52,932 nt of DNA, taken from contig CAZWXH010000001.1 of assembly GCA_964637725.1 (NCBI GenBank), positions 1-52,932 on the forward strand, given 5' to 3'. Source of the stretch: an uncultured Coprobacillus sp. (GTDB lineage: Bacteria > Bacillota_I > Bacilli_A > Erysipelotrichales > Coprobacillaceae). The position numbers and the translations under genes were made by a program. Below are positions 1-8,484 of this stretch, piece by piece (the stretch's first letter is position 1; every line of letters starts with the position of its first letter). The notes beneath the pieces were generated by a model, which did not search any database, had not been told where the DNA came from, and worked only from the letters and a program-made list of their open reading frames with translations.

Positions 1-6
1 CTTTTT

Positions 7-1698
7 TCACACCTGATTTTCCACCCTTGACATCAATACCACGCACTCAACGGTACTTTCATTGTCCCAACAAAGTTCCTCTGTTTCAATTCCATCGTAA
101 AATACCGGGAATCGGAACTTTATGTGCTTCAAGAACCTGCCATCTTCCAGTTCTTTCTCATATAAGTCCACCTGTTCCACAAAGCTGTTTAGGAATTCCT
201 TCTTTTCCTTGTCTATGAATCTATCGTATAGTTTATCAAATAATAGAAGAAATTCATAGACATTATCGCCAGATATTTTCTGCTGGCGGATACTTAACAT
301 TCTGTCTTCCACCTCTGATATTGAATCCTCTAGTGTACTAATTTCATCATAGAATTTGTCCATTCGATTCTGCATATCCTGATATTTTCTATCATAGTGT
401 TTATCCATAATATCCAGAGCATCAATCTGATCTGCCAGCTTATTCTTAGAACCTACAAGCTGTTTCATCTGCTTACGCATATTGGTAAGTTCATTTTCCA
501 GTTCATCAGTATCTATGCTCTTGCCAATTTTACGCTTAATCTCTTCTTCAAACTTTGGATTCTTTACCAGCTTACGAATAACCTCTGCAACTGCATCATT
601 GACTTTATCCTCTCCCCACTGCTTGCGATAGGAACAATGATGTCCATCAACATAGGTTCTGTGCTTGCAGGCATAATAAAAATAATCCTTATACAGTGTT
701 CCATCTTTTCTCTTTTTACGATTTACGTTGCCATACATACCGCTTCCACAGATTGGACACTTAATAATTCCTGATAGAAGATGTTCATGCTCTAAACTAT
801 GCACTTTCTCATGGCTGACACCTGTATCTTCTCTCTTCTTTTGAGCTAATTTCCATTCTTCTTCTGAAATGATTGCTTCATGAATACCATCACTAAGCAT
901 ATATTCATCCTGCTTTACTACGTGGTAATCTGCTCGTGTACCAGCAATTTTCTCATTCTTTCGTCTGCCAAATGCCAGTTTGCCACAATAGATTGGATTA
1001 TCCAGAACACCTTTAATAAAAGATGATGCAAATGTATCTAAGGTGTTATTCTGTCTTTTCTTCTTACGATATCCATTCTGATTTAGATAGGAAGCTATTG
1101 CATTGATTCCCATATTTGTATTAATATATTTATCATAAATCAGACGGATAATATCAACTTCATCCTCAGCAATATGAAGTTCTCCATTCTCCAGTTTGTA
1201 ACCATAAGGAGCAAATCCACCATTCCACTTTCCCTCTCTTGCTTTTTGCTTACGTCCTTCCATTGTCTGGACAAGAATATTTTCACGTTCTATTTCAGCT
1301 ACCGCAGATAATACAGAGATCATTAACTTGCCAGCATCTTTAGAGCTGTCAATACCATCCTCTACACAGATAAGGTTTACACCAAAATCCTGCATTCTCT
1401 GTAAAGAACTAAGTACATCTGCAGCATTACGACCAAATCTTGAAAGTTTGAATACCAGAACAAAATCAACACTATCCTTCCCATCTTCAATATCACGTAG
1501 CATCTGCATGAACTCTGGTCTGCCCTCTACGCTCTTACCAGATTTACCTTCATCAGAGTATTCTCCTGCTATGACCACCTCTTGGAAATCTGCGTATTTA
1601 TGAAGTTTATCTTTCTGTGCATCCAAGCTGTAGCCATCTACCTGCATGGAAGTGGATACGCGAGTGTAGATGTAGCATTTAAGTTGTTTTTTCTTCAT
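7..1698 (-). CDS. Large serine recombinase (integrase/transposase of the element)
   Basis: N-terminal resolvase-type catalytic motif YTRVSTSMQ..DGYSLDAQ. 563 aa with a Cys-rich zinc-ribbon-like segment (CPICG..C..C) and a coiled-coil C-terminus, typical of large serine recombinases. AAAGGA RBS upstream of the ATG. Confidence 0.9.
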   Translation of the reverse strand: MKKKQLKCYIYTRVSTSMQVDGYSLDAQKDKLHKYADFQEVVIAGEYSDEGKSGKSVEGRPEFMQMLRDIEDGKDSVDFVLVFKLSRFGRNAADVLSSLQRMQDFGVNLICVEDGIDSSKDAGKLMISVLSAVAEIERENILVQTMEGRKQKAREGKWNGGFAPYGYKLENGELHIAEDEVDIIRLIYDKYINTNMGINAIASYLNQNGYRKKKRQNNTLDTFASSFIKGVLDNPIYCGKLAFGRRKNEKIAGTRADYHVVKQDEYMLSDGIHEAIISEEEWKLAQKKREDTGVSHEKVHSLEHEHLLSGIIKCPICGSGMYGNVNRKKRKDGTLYKDYFYYACKHRTYVDGHHCSYRKQWGEDKVNDAVAEVIRKLVKNPKFEEEIKRKIGKSIDTDELENELTNMRKQMKQLVGSKNKLADQIDALDIMDKHYDRKYQDMQNRMDKFYDEISTLEDSISEVEDRMLSIRQQKISGDNVYEFLLLFDKLYDRFIDKEKKEFLNSFVEQVDLYEKELEDGRFLKHIKFRFPVFYDGIETEELCWDNESTVECVVLMSRVENQV

Positions 1699-1764
1699 TT
1701 AAAAAATCCTTTCTTTATATTATCAATTTGCCTTTTTACCCAAAAATATCATTGTTAAAGGATA

Positions 1765-2619
1765 TCAATTTAAACTAATTTCATTTCTAGCTATCTCGAT
1801 TCTTTCTGCTTCAACTAATACGCTCATCTGATAATCAGCTATCTCTTTAAGAATTTCAAATCTTTCCTCTTTTGACTTTCCCTCTCTAATCATCTGTGCA
1901 TTATGTGTCTCCAAATTAGACAACACTGTTAATTCTGAAATCGATGCATAATCGCGAACATTAGTTTTCTTTGCCAATTCTGGATTAGCATCTCTCCAAG
2001 CCTTTGCAGTAAAACCAAATAATGCAACATTTAGTAAATCAGCTTCTTCTGAATATTTAAGCCAATGCAGATTTTCTTTAAAGTTACATTTAGGTATTAA
2101 ATAATTTTTCACAGCATCAGTCTGAATCAAATAATTGTTCTTTGAAAGAAATCTTTTCGCATCCCATTCAATCTTTTGAAGGTTATTCTCCTCTTCCTTA
2201 AGTCTTTGAAACTCCTTAATCATATATAATTTAAAAACAGGACTTATAGCAGATGCAAATTCAAAAGCAATATCCTTGTGTGCATATGTACCACCGTATC
2301 TTCCTTTTTTCACATATATTCCTATAGCACCTGTTTGCTCAACCCACTCTGAAACGCTTGGAGTAAATGTTAATAAGCCGGCATCTTTTTTAAAGTGTTC
2401 AGATTCGAACACTTTAAAATCTGGATTATAAATTTCTTCCCATGTTGTAAGAAACTCCAACGTAGATCTATTCCTTAACCAATTTCGTATCACATCTGCT
2501 GCTCTCGCTGAATCTGATTTAGCAGCTGCCATATCGGTAATACAAATATAATCTGATTCATCGCTTAATGCTACCGTAATTGGTGTATTTTGAACTGTAA
2601 TGACATTATTTTTCTTCAC
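1765..2619 (-). CDS. KilA-N domain-containing protein
   Basis: N-terminal segment (ITV..DYICITDMA..RNWLRNRSTLEFL) resembles the KilA-N DNA-binding fold. GTG start preceded by AAGGAGGA. Overlaps the stop of the upstream HTH gene. Confidence 0.6.
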   Translation of the reverse strand: MKKNNVITVQNTPITVALSDESDYICITDMAAAKSDSARAADVIRNWLRNRSTLEFLTTWEEIYNPDFKVFESEHFKKDAGLLTFTPSVSEWVEQTGAIGIYVKKGRYGGTYAHKDIAFEFASAISPVFKLYMIKEFQRLKEEENNLQKIEWDAKRFLSKNNYLIQTDAVKNYLIPKCNFKENLHWLKYSEEADLLNVALFGFTAKAWRDANPELAKKTNVRDYASISELTVLSNLETHNAQMIREGKSKEERFEILKEIADYQMSVLVEAERIEIARNEISLN

Positions 2620-2827
2620 TAAAATCGTCCTCCTTCTTCATTTGCTCCATTCTCACATAATATTCCAATAGCCTAAAGAGATAAGCTGGCACTCTTCTGT
2701 TTCCATGTTCCCAATCAGACACCGTCATATATGGAATTTCAAAATATTCACAGAACTGTCTTCGGTTCATCCCTGTACTTTTTCGTAGTTCAATCAATTT
2801 ATCTTTTAAATCCTTTTCCTCTTCCAT
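2606..2827 (-). CDS. Small helix-turn-helix (XRE-like) transcriptional regulator
   Basis: HTH-like segment LRKSTGMNRRQFCEYFEIPYMTVSDWEHG. I prefer the ATG at 2827 (GGAGAGGAG RBS 7 nt upstream) over the track start at 2857, which would sit about 5 nt from the predicted TSS. Confidence 0.65.
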   Translation of the reverse strand: MEEEKDLKDKLIELRKSTGMNRRQFCEYFEIPYMTVSDWEHGNRRVPAYLFRLLEYYVRMEQMKKEDDFSEEK

Positions 2828-2868
2828 CCATTTTCTCCTCTCCGTATTTTCACGCATTGCATATACTT

Positions 2869-2897
2869 ATTATACTTTTATTTTCCGGTTTGGTCAA
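2869..2897 (-). promoter_or_regulatory. Sigma-A type promoter for the HTH/KilA-N/recombinase operon
   Basis: Minus strand reads TTGACC, 17 nt spacer, TATAAT (-35 at 2892-2897, -10 at 2869-2874). Confidence 0.5.
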
Positions 2898-2988
2898 CGA
2901 GTAATATCTGGGGTTTTCAATGGGATTTTTATAGCAGATAACAATATCTGCCACCTGCTATATCCATTTCCTGCACTTCTCACCATAA

Positions 2989-3183
2989 CTATGCTGCTTT
3001 TTCTTGATAATCTCCTAACTTCTCTGCATAGGAAAATATTCTGTCTTCACTCGCTCTTGTATCAGGCTTCCACTTATCAAGTTTAATCCTTAACCCTGCA
3101 TAATACTCCTGCATGACAGAAGCACCATACTTCTCAATCATCCTTGCTAAGAAATCACAGCACCTTACAAAATCTGCATTCAT
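2989..3183 (-). CDS. Hypothetical small protein (64 aa from the preferred start)
   Basis: ORF with AAGGAAGGAGAGG RBS. The third ATG (3183) has the best spacing. No recognisable motif. Confidence 0.4.
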   Translation of the reverse strand: MNADFVRCCDFLARMIEKYGASVMQEYYAGLRIKLDKWKPDTRASEDRIFSYAEKLGDYQEKAA

Positions 3184-3260
3184 CCGCATCCTCTCCTTCC
3201 TTCTCATTACTTAATTCCACAGAATCTGTTACTATAATTCTATGGTAATTACACGCATAG

Positions 3261-3290
3261 CACATTGAATGTAAATTGAGTTGATTTTGA
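3261..3290 (+). repeat. Copy A of a ~30-nt direct repeat (CACATTGAATGTAAATTGAGTTGATTTTGA)
   Basis: Matches 7813-7842: 18 of the first 19 nt are identical, followed by a shared TGATTTT(T)GA with a 1-nt indel. Both copies are intergenic and inside the element. Confidence 0.55.
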
Positions 3291-3298
3291 GCATTTTC

Positions 3299-3327
3299 TT
3301 GTTGTGAACTTATGTTCGTGTTATAAT
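3299..3327 (+). promoter_or_regulatory. Extended -10 promoter for the STAND NTPase gene
   Basis: TTGTTG (3299-3304), 17 nt to TATAAT (3322-3327), preceded by TGt at 3319-3321. The predicted TSS lies downstream of the track's GTG start at 3304. Confidence 0.45.
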
Positions 3328-3384
3328 TCAGTTATATATTCGCTACGAATGCTGACAGACCGCTACATGGTCAGAAAGGACACT

Positions 3385-5694
3385 ATGATAAGATTAGATT
3401 TTCACTCGGTATCCACCATTCTTATGGATAATCAAAAGAATACAGATATTTCGCAAATAGATTTTATGTATCAACTTTTCGCCGCTTTTATGAATGATGA
3501 AAGCACCAATTTTGATTTTGACAATGGATTAGTCTGTCACTGGCTCAAAGGCGAAGTTCGTGTCAGTCCCAAAATCATAAATTACTATATTCCAAAAGCA
3601 CATCATCAATTGATGTACAATGATATGATAAATGAAGTCTTTCCTTTTATCAGTGATCCTGCTTCTGTCACTTTAGCAATTAAAGAATTGCTGATAGCTG
3701 ATGTTTCCATTTCTGAAACTGAACGAGAACGATTACTAGGTTTTCTCTCAGCGGATACAAGTGAATGCTATGCTGCATTTATCGCAGAAACACTGATTTT
3801 CGGAATGTCCCGGTGCTTTGTTAATGCTGGTAATGGTGCAAAAAATTCATCTCCACTGATTGATGATATTATCCTTACCACCAATCTCCCTACTCCTGCA
3901 CGAACCTTTGTAGCTCGTGAAGCTGAATTGACTGATATTGAAGAACTGTTGTCAGCGAATCCCCTTGTCTTTCTTACTGGCATTCCAGGTATCGGCAAAA
4001 GCGAAGTTGCAAAAGCCTATATGAAAGCACAGAAAAAGTATTATACGAACATTTTATATTTGGAATATATCGGAAGTTTCTATGAAATGATAGCTGATTT
4101 AGACTTTGTAGATGATACAGACGGATTGAGTGAGAAGGAACGCTTCCGAAAACATTTCCGATTTTTAAAAACTTTAAAAGCAGACACATTGATTGTGATT
4201 GACAACTTCAATACAACAGCCACAGAAGAATCTCTGTTAAATCAGATTTCTTCCTTGAAATGTACCATTCTTATAACAACGAGAAATCATTTTGCATTAG
4301 GAACAGAATATGCAATAGAATCCAGTAAAGAATTAGCATTACAGGTTCTGCAACAGAATGTAAAGACAAGTGCTCTCGATATTATCCACACCTACAGCAA
4401 TGAAATTGAATTACTGCTTGAAACTATTAACTACCACATCATGTCTGCTGGACTAATTGGGCGATTGTTGTCCTATAAGAACATGCTCCCTGCTGACTTA
4501 GCGAAGCATTTGCATGATAATGTGCTATTACCAGACAATCAAAATAAGCTGTCTATCAGCAAGGATAATGTCACTGTAAAATCAGAATATCAAAATATTA
4601 TGCAGGACTTACTCCAATATGGTGCACTTGCTCCTGCCCTGCAACAGACATTATCCATCATAGCACTTGCACCAGAAACTGGCTTTCCTCTTCGCTATCT
4701 TAGCAAATGGCATCACGATTGCACGAATGAAGTGGATGAACTAGAAGAACTTGGACTGCTTGAACTTAATCACCACTCAGCCACCCTAAATCCTTATATC
4801 AGAAAATTGGTGAATGCGGGTAAACATCTTGCCATCAGCAGTTGCAACGAGCTATGGAAAAATCTTCTTGCAGAATGTCAGGATGTGGACAGCGGTACTG
4901 CCACTTTAGCATTGCAGATAATAGATACAGCATTACGATTTGCACTGAAAGATGACAAGCAACTTTGGCTATCTGTCATACGCACTTCCTTGGAAAGTAA
5001 CCATTGCCTACACCGATATCGTTCCTACTCTAATCTGTTGAATGAATATGAGTACCTTTGCCTGGATCACAGCATCTGTGCTACTGATGACCAATATCTT
5101 CTGTTTCACTTCAAAGCAATCGAAGTAGCTGAAATTCATACAAATGTGAACAAAGCAATTCAATTTGAAGAAAAAGCAATTGCTATCGCAGGGAAAAACG
5201 GAACTTCACAGGTACTGAATTTCTCCACCTTGTACCTTGATATCGGAAGATATTATCATATACAGGGAAATCTTGGTAAGGCATTAGATTATACAAAGAA
5301 ATCAACTGGCATTTTACAGGAAACACAGATGCAGTATTCACCTAATGGCATTGCCAGTCTGGTTCAATATGCACGGTACTTATTTGAAAATAGACAGATA
5401 AATGAGACCATTCGCATTTATCAAAACTGCCTTGATATTATCAATGTCTGCTTCGGTGATACCAGCTTGACCTATGGCTATATTGCCCAGAATCTGGCTG
5501 CAATCCTTGCCAGCGTCAATAAGTCAAAAGCTGCACTTATATATTATGACAAAGCTATTATTGCATTGGAAAATCTGCTAGGGTCTGAGCATGAAGATGT
5601 TATGCTCTGTAAGGAACAGATGCATAAACTGTTGGCAACTACTACGCCTGTATTATTATCAGCACCAGCATTACCAATGAAAATAACTGCTTAA
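3385..5694 (+). CDS. STAND (NB-ARC-like) P-loop NTPase with an unknown N-terminal domain and a C-terminal TPR array
   Basis: Walker A LTGIPGIGKSEVAKAY, Walker B LIVIDNF, ILITTRN (RNBS-B-like). The C-terminal ~400 aa is helical-repeat/TPR-like (e.g. GKALDYTKKSTGILQE, YYDKAIIALENLLGSEH). The start at 3385 (AAAGGA RBS) is preferred over the track GTG at 3304 because of the promoter position. Confidence 0.75.
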   Translation: MIRLDFHSVSTILMDNQKNTDISQIDFMYQLFAAFMNDESTNFDFDNGLVCHWLKGEVRVSPKIINYYIPKAHHQLMYNDMINEVFPFISDPASVTLAIKELLIADVSISETERERLLGFLSADTSECYAAFIAETLIFGMSRCFVNAGNGAKNSSPLIDDIILTTNLPTPARTFVAREAELTDIEELLSANPLVFLTGIPGIGKSEVAKAYMKAQKKYYTNILYLEYIGSFYEMIADLDFVDDTDGLSEKERFRKHFRFLKTLKADTLIVIDNFNTTATEESLLNQISSLKCTILITTRNHFALGTEYAIESSKELALQVLQQNVKTSALDIIHTYSNEIELLLETINYHIMSAGLIGRLLSYKNMLPADLAKHLHDNVLLPDNQNKLSISKDNVTVKSEYQNIMQDLLQYGALAPALQQTLSIIALAPETGFPLRYLSKWHHDCTNEVDELEELGLLELNHHSATLNPYIRKLVNAGKHLAISSCNELWKNLLAECQDVDSGTATLALQIIDTALRFALKDDKQLWLSVIRTSLESNHCLHRYRSYSNLLNEYEYLCLDHSICATDDQYLLFHFKAIEVAEIHTNVNKAIQFEEKAIAIAGKNGTSQVLNFSTLYLDIGRYYHIQGNLGKALDYTKKSTGILQETQMQYSPNGIASLVQYARYLFENRQINETIRIYQNCLDIINVCFGDTSLTYGYIAQNLAAILASVNKSKAALIYYDKAIIALENLLGSEHEDVMLCKEQMHKLLATTTPVLLSAPALPMKITA

Positions 5695-5706
5695 TACACA
5701 CAACCT

Positions 5707-5735
5707 AAGGAGTTCATGCGTGAACTCCTTTTTTA
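5707..5735. terminator. Bidirectional intrinsic terminator between the convergent STAND and relaxase genes
   Basis: AAGGAGTTCA-tgcg-TGAACTCCTT (10-bp stem) followed by TTTTT. Confidence 0.7.
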
Positions 5736-7040
5736 TTACCTGCTTTTCGTTTTAATATCTCGCTGTACCGTCTGTTCTTCATACAATCTCCATTGTTCAT
5801 CATACCAGATATTGAACTGTTCCAGAAAATCATCTCGCTCCATTCCCGGATTCGAAGCTGAAAATTCCTTCATTGCCTCTGACAATTCTTTTGGTCGTGG
5901 ATATAATCTCAGTTCTTCCTCTGCCTCTTGTTCCGCTTCTATTGCAGCCACAGGATAATCTTCTGTAATATAAGAATCAACAAGATTCTCCGCTCTCAAA
6001 GCTGTTGCATCCATTTTGTCATTTAACGAACCTAATGCTTTATTCATTTCCTTAATGGCATTCGCCAACTGGCTAACAGCATTCTGTTCCTGTGGTTTCG
6101 TTTGTTCTTGCTGTTTATCCGTGATAACTCCAGAATACTTCTCCATCATTTCCTGCTTATGCTGTCCTTTTCTTTGAATTGCTTCTTTAATTCGCTCCTC
6201 AATTCGCCTTTTATCATAATCGTCACCTAATCGCTTTCCCCTGATAGCCTGCTTGCGATTTGGTTCTTTGAAGGAAATTGTCTTATTCGTGATTCTCACT
6301 TCGATTCCAAAGATATCATCCAATTTTTTCCCTAATTCATCCAAAGAAGAAACTGTTTCTATCTCCATATCAATAAAGGATCTCAGAAATTCCTTATCTG
6401 ACACAAAGTCAGCTACTTTACCAGTTCCTCTTTTCTGTACCCAATAATCTTCCCGAACCTTAGACGAAAATAAATCCACCTGATTCAAACCTCTGCTTCT
6501 ACATTCATCCATAACCCATTGCTTTCCGGCACGAAGCATTGCGTTGGTGCATTTATGCTTACAACCTTGCTTATACTCACAGGCTTTTTCATGCCACTCC
6601 TGTCTGACCGCCTGATGCTTACGAACAGAATTTGCAACGATATGTGCATGAATATTACCACTGCCATTATGTCCATCTGGATGCACCACAATGATTGTCT
6701 GATGACCTTCCAGAAAACGATCTGCAAATCTTTTTGCCATCTCCATTGCTTCTTCTGCTGTTATATCATCTTTTGGATCAAAGCTGATAATATAATCATG
6801 GCTCTTAATGTCGCTCCGACCACGATTCTTATGAAACTGATGATTTATTTCCATGCACTCCGCAGCAAAGGTTTCAAATTCACAGTTAATAGAAGCTTTT
6901 AGAATACCTTCTCTTGGTATCATTCTTCCCTGTTCATCCAGTAACGGTTTTCCAGTCTTTGCATCATGTTCAAAGCAAAGATACTGTTCTGCTCCAGAAT
7001 AGATTTTATTCTTACTTGCGATATGCTTTAAGATTGCCAC
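5736..7040 (-). CDS. Relaxase/mobilization nuclease (MobA/VirD2-type)
   Basis: Histidine triad region HPDGHNGSGNIHAHIV. An N-terminal relaxase-like ~250 aa is followed by a coiled/acidic C-terminus. GTG start with GGAGGTGG RBS. Sits immediately downstream of MobC. Confidence 0.8.
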   Translation of the reverse strand: MAILKHIASKNKIYSGAEQYLCFEHDAKTGKPLLDEQGRMIPREGILKASINCEFETFAAECMEINHQFHKNRGRSDIKSHDYIISFDPKDDITAEEAMEMAKRFADRFLEGHQTIIVVHPDGHNGSGNIHAHIVANSVRKHQAVRQEWHEKACEYKQGCKHKCTNAMLRAGKQWVMDECRSRGLNQVDLFSSKVREDYWVQKRGTGKVADFVSDKEFLRSFIDMEIETVSSLDELGKKLDDIFGIEVRITNKTISFKEPNRKQAIRGKRLGDDYDKRRIEERIKEAIQRKGQHKQEMMEKYSGVITDKQQEQTKPQEQNAVSQLANAIKEMNKALGSLNDKMDATALRAENLVDSYITEDYPVAAIEAEQEAEEELRLYPRPKELSEAMKEFSASNPGMERDDFLEQFNIWYDEQWRLYEEQTVQRDIKTKSR

Positions 7041-7078
7041 TTTACCACCTCCAACACCAATTTACTGAAAAGGAACCA

Positions 7079-7429
7079 CTAAGCCGCCAGTTTCTTCTCA
7101 TACATCATCTTTAGTTTCATAACGATATCATCCAGTTCCCTGCAATTATTTTCAAACCACCGTATAACTGTGCTGTCAGAGCCACCACTGTTCAGATGTC
7201 TTGCTATCTGGTTCATGTTATTCCCCAGTCTTCCAAATTCTGCACACATTGACCTATACTCCGCAAATAATTCTGGTGGGACAACTGTAACTTTTCTTGA
7301 TAATCCCTGTCTGATAAGATACTCTGACAATGACAGTCCTGCTTTCTCAGCCTTTGTCTGCATCTGAAGCTTTTCCTCTGGTGTTACCCTGAAATGAATA
7401 TCTTCTGTTTTATCTGTCTTAATTCCCAA
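7079..7429 (-). CDS. mobC: MobC-type relaxosome accessory protein
   Basis: RVTPEEK..AGLSLSEYLIRQGL and GRLGNNMNQIARHLN motifs are typical of the bacterial mobilisation (MobC) family. TTG start. Confidence 0.75.
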   Translation of the reverse strand: MGIKTDKTEDIHFRVTPEEKLQMQTKAEKAGLSLSEYLIRQGLSRKVTVVPPELFAEYRSMCAEFGRLGNNMNQIARHLNSGGSDSTVIRWFENNCRELDDIVMKLKMMYEKKLAA

Positions 7430-7469
7430 TCTTTCACCTTCCTTCTGTATATAACATTCACTTCAACAA

Positions 7470-7740
7470 TTCAAGTGCCGGATACGGCACATTACTTTCG
7501 CCGTCGTTTCACTCCTCCCTCCAGTCTACGTTCTCTCCCCTAAGGTCGATCACAAATAGTTCGCTCTGCTCACAATAACTCGCTGTGCTCGTGATACACT
7601 CTCTTCGTTCGTGAATACGCTTCCATTCTGTCGCGGCTAACTCTGCTGTGATAAATTTCAGAATAGTAAGAGCAAGTTTCGCCCTGTGTACACACAACGG
7701 GCAAAACTTGTTGGGGTTCTGCGCCCCCAAGCCCCGCTTT
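7470..7740. promoter_or_regulatory. Candidate oriT / relaxosome assembly region
   Basis: Non-coding, relatively GC-rich region upstream of mobC with several inverted repeats: GTGCCG-gata-CGGCAC (7475-7490), GCCC..TGTGTACACA..GGGC (7681-7702), CTTG-GGGG..CCCC-AAG (7707-7731). TGCGCCC (7720-7726) resembles the MOBQ nic core as I recall it. Confidence 0.4.
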
Positions 7741-7812
7741 ATACCGAATATTTTAATGGCTATTTCACAACCTTATTGATACAATATTAGAGTACAAAAA
7801 AATCACCCAATT

Positions 7813-7842
7813 CACATTGATTGTAAATTGAATGATTTTTGA
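7813..7842 (+). repeat. Copy B of the ~30-nt direct repeat (CACATTGATTGTAAATTGAATGATTTTTGA)
   Basis: See copy A at 3261-3290. Copy B lies at the transition from element backbone to the low-GC cargo. Confidence 0.55.
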
Positions 7843-7935
7843 ATAAATTTTTTCAGGCAAATTTAATTAACCTGTAGAATATGCATTTTAAATTTTCATA
7901 AAGAGTATGCTCAAATACCGAAATAATAATTTCCT

Positions 7936-8442
7936 TTAACCTTTTACTAGCGAATACATTTTCATGTCAATAACCTTACCGTTTTTTATTGCGTTACTTC
8001 TTAATGTCCCCTCGTAATAAAACCCACATTTTTCAAGTATTCTGCATGAAGCGTTATTATATGCAAACGGCTCTGCAAAGATTCTAATAATATCAGTATT
8101 ACTAAATATAAAACTGCTTACTTGTTTAATGGCACTAGTCCCTATACCTTGTCCCCAAAAATCTTCTGCAACATAGTACCCCATTTCTGCTGTTCGAGAG
8201 TGAATATTGTCCATACGAAATACACCTATGCTTCCAACGACCTTATTATCAACTGTTATAGCAAATGCATATTTAGTATTAACATCCTCGTTTAGCATCG
8301 CATTAATAAAATCCTTAGCATCATTTTCTGTATATGGATATGGTAATCCATCTCTTAAATTATCTTGAATTTTTCTATTATTTAAAGCTATAGAAAGTTC
8401 AGAGGCATCCTCAATTCTCCACATACGAATAGTACACTCCAT
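7936..8442 (-). CDS. GNAT family N-acetyltransferase (RimJ/RimL-like)
   Basis: Acetyl-CoA binding motif WGQGIGTSAI. Size is 168 aa. The C-terminus (NxASxRILEKCGF) is typical of the RimL/Acetyltransf_3 type. Confidence 0.75.
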   Translation of the reverse strand: MECTIRMWRIEDASELSIALNNRKIQDNLRDGLPYPYTENDAKDFINAMLNEDVNTKYAFAITVDNKVVGSIGVFRMDNIHSRTAEMGYYVAEDFWGQGIGTSAIKQVSSFIFSNTDIIRIFAEPFAYNNASCRILEKCGFYYEGTLRSNAIKNGKVIDMKMYSLVKG

Positions 8443-8484
8443 AAATTCCCTCCTTAAATTCTAAATATATTATTATATTAAAAT

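Noticed and set aside
27-1603. Plus-strand ORFs (27-218, 397-774, 1328-1603) antisense to the serine recombinase gene
   Set aside because: They lie entirely inside a well-supported minus-strand CDS, give low-complexity translations and have no RBS. They are shadow ORFs.
3768-4189. Minus-strand ORFs antisense to the STAND NTPase gene
   Set aside because: They are embedded in a CDS with clear P-loop motifs and have no independent signals.
5716-7367. Plus-strand and out-of-frame ORFs (5716-5958, 6253-6447, 6485-6727, 6519-6902, 6914-7114, 7170-7367) overlapping the relaxase and mobC
   Set aside because: All are nested in or antisense to the relaxase/MobC CDSs, which carry family motifs. None has an RBS or a recognisable motif.
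7509-7730. 73-aa ORF on the minus strand in the region upstream of mobC
   Set aside because: It has no RBS. Its odd composition coincides with a series of inverted repeats. It is better explained as non-coding oriT/regulatory DNA.
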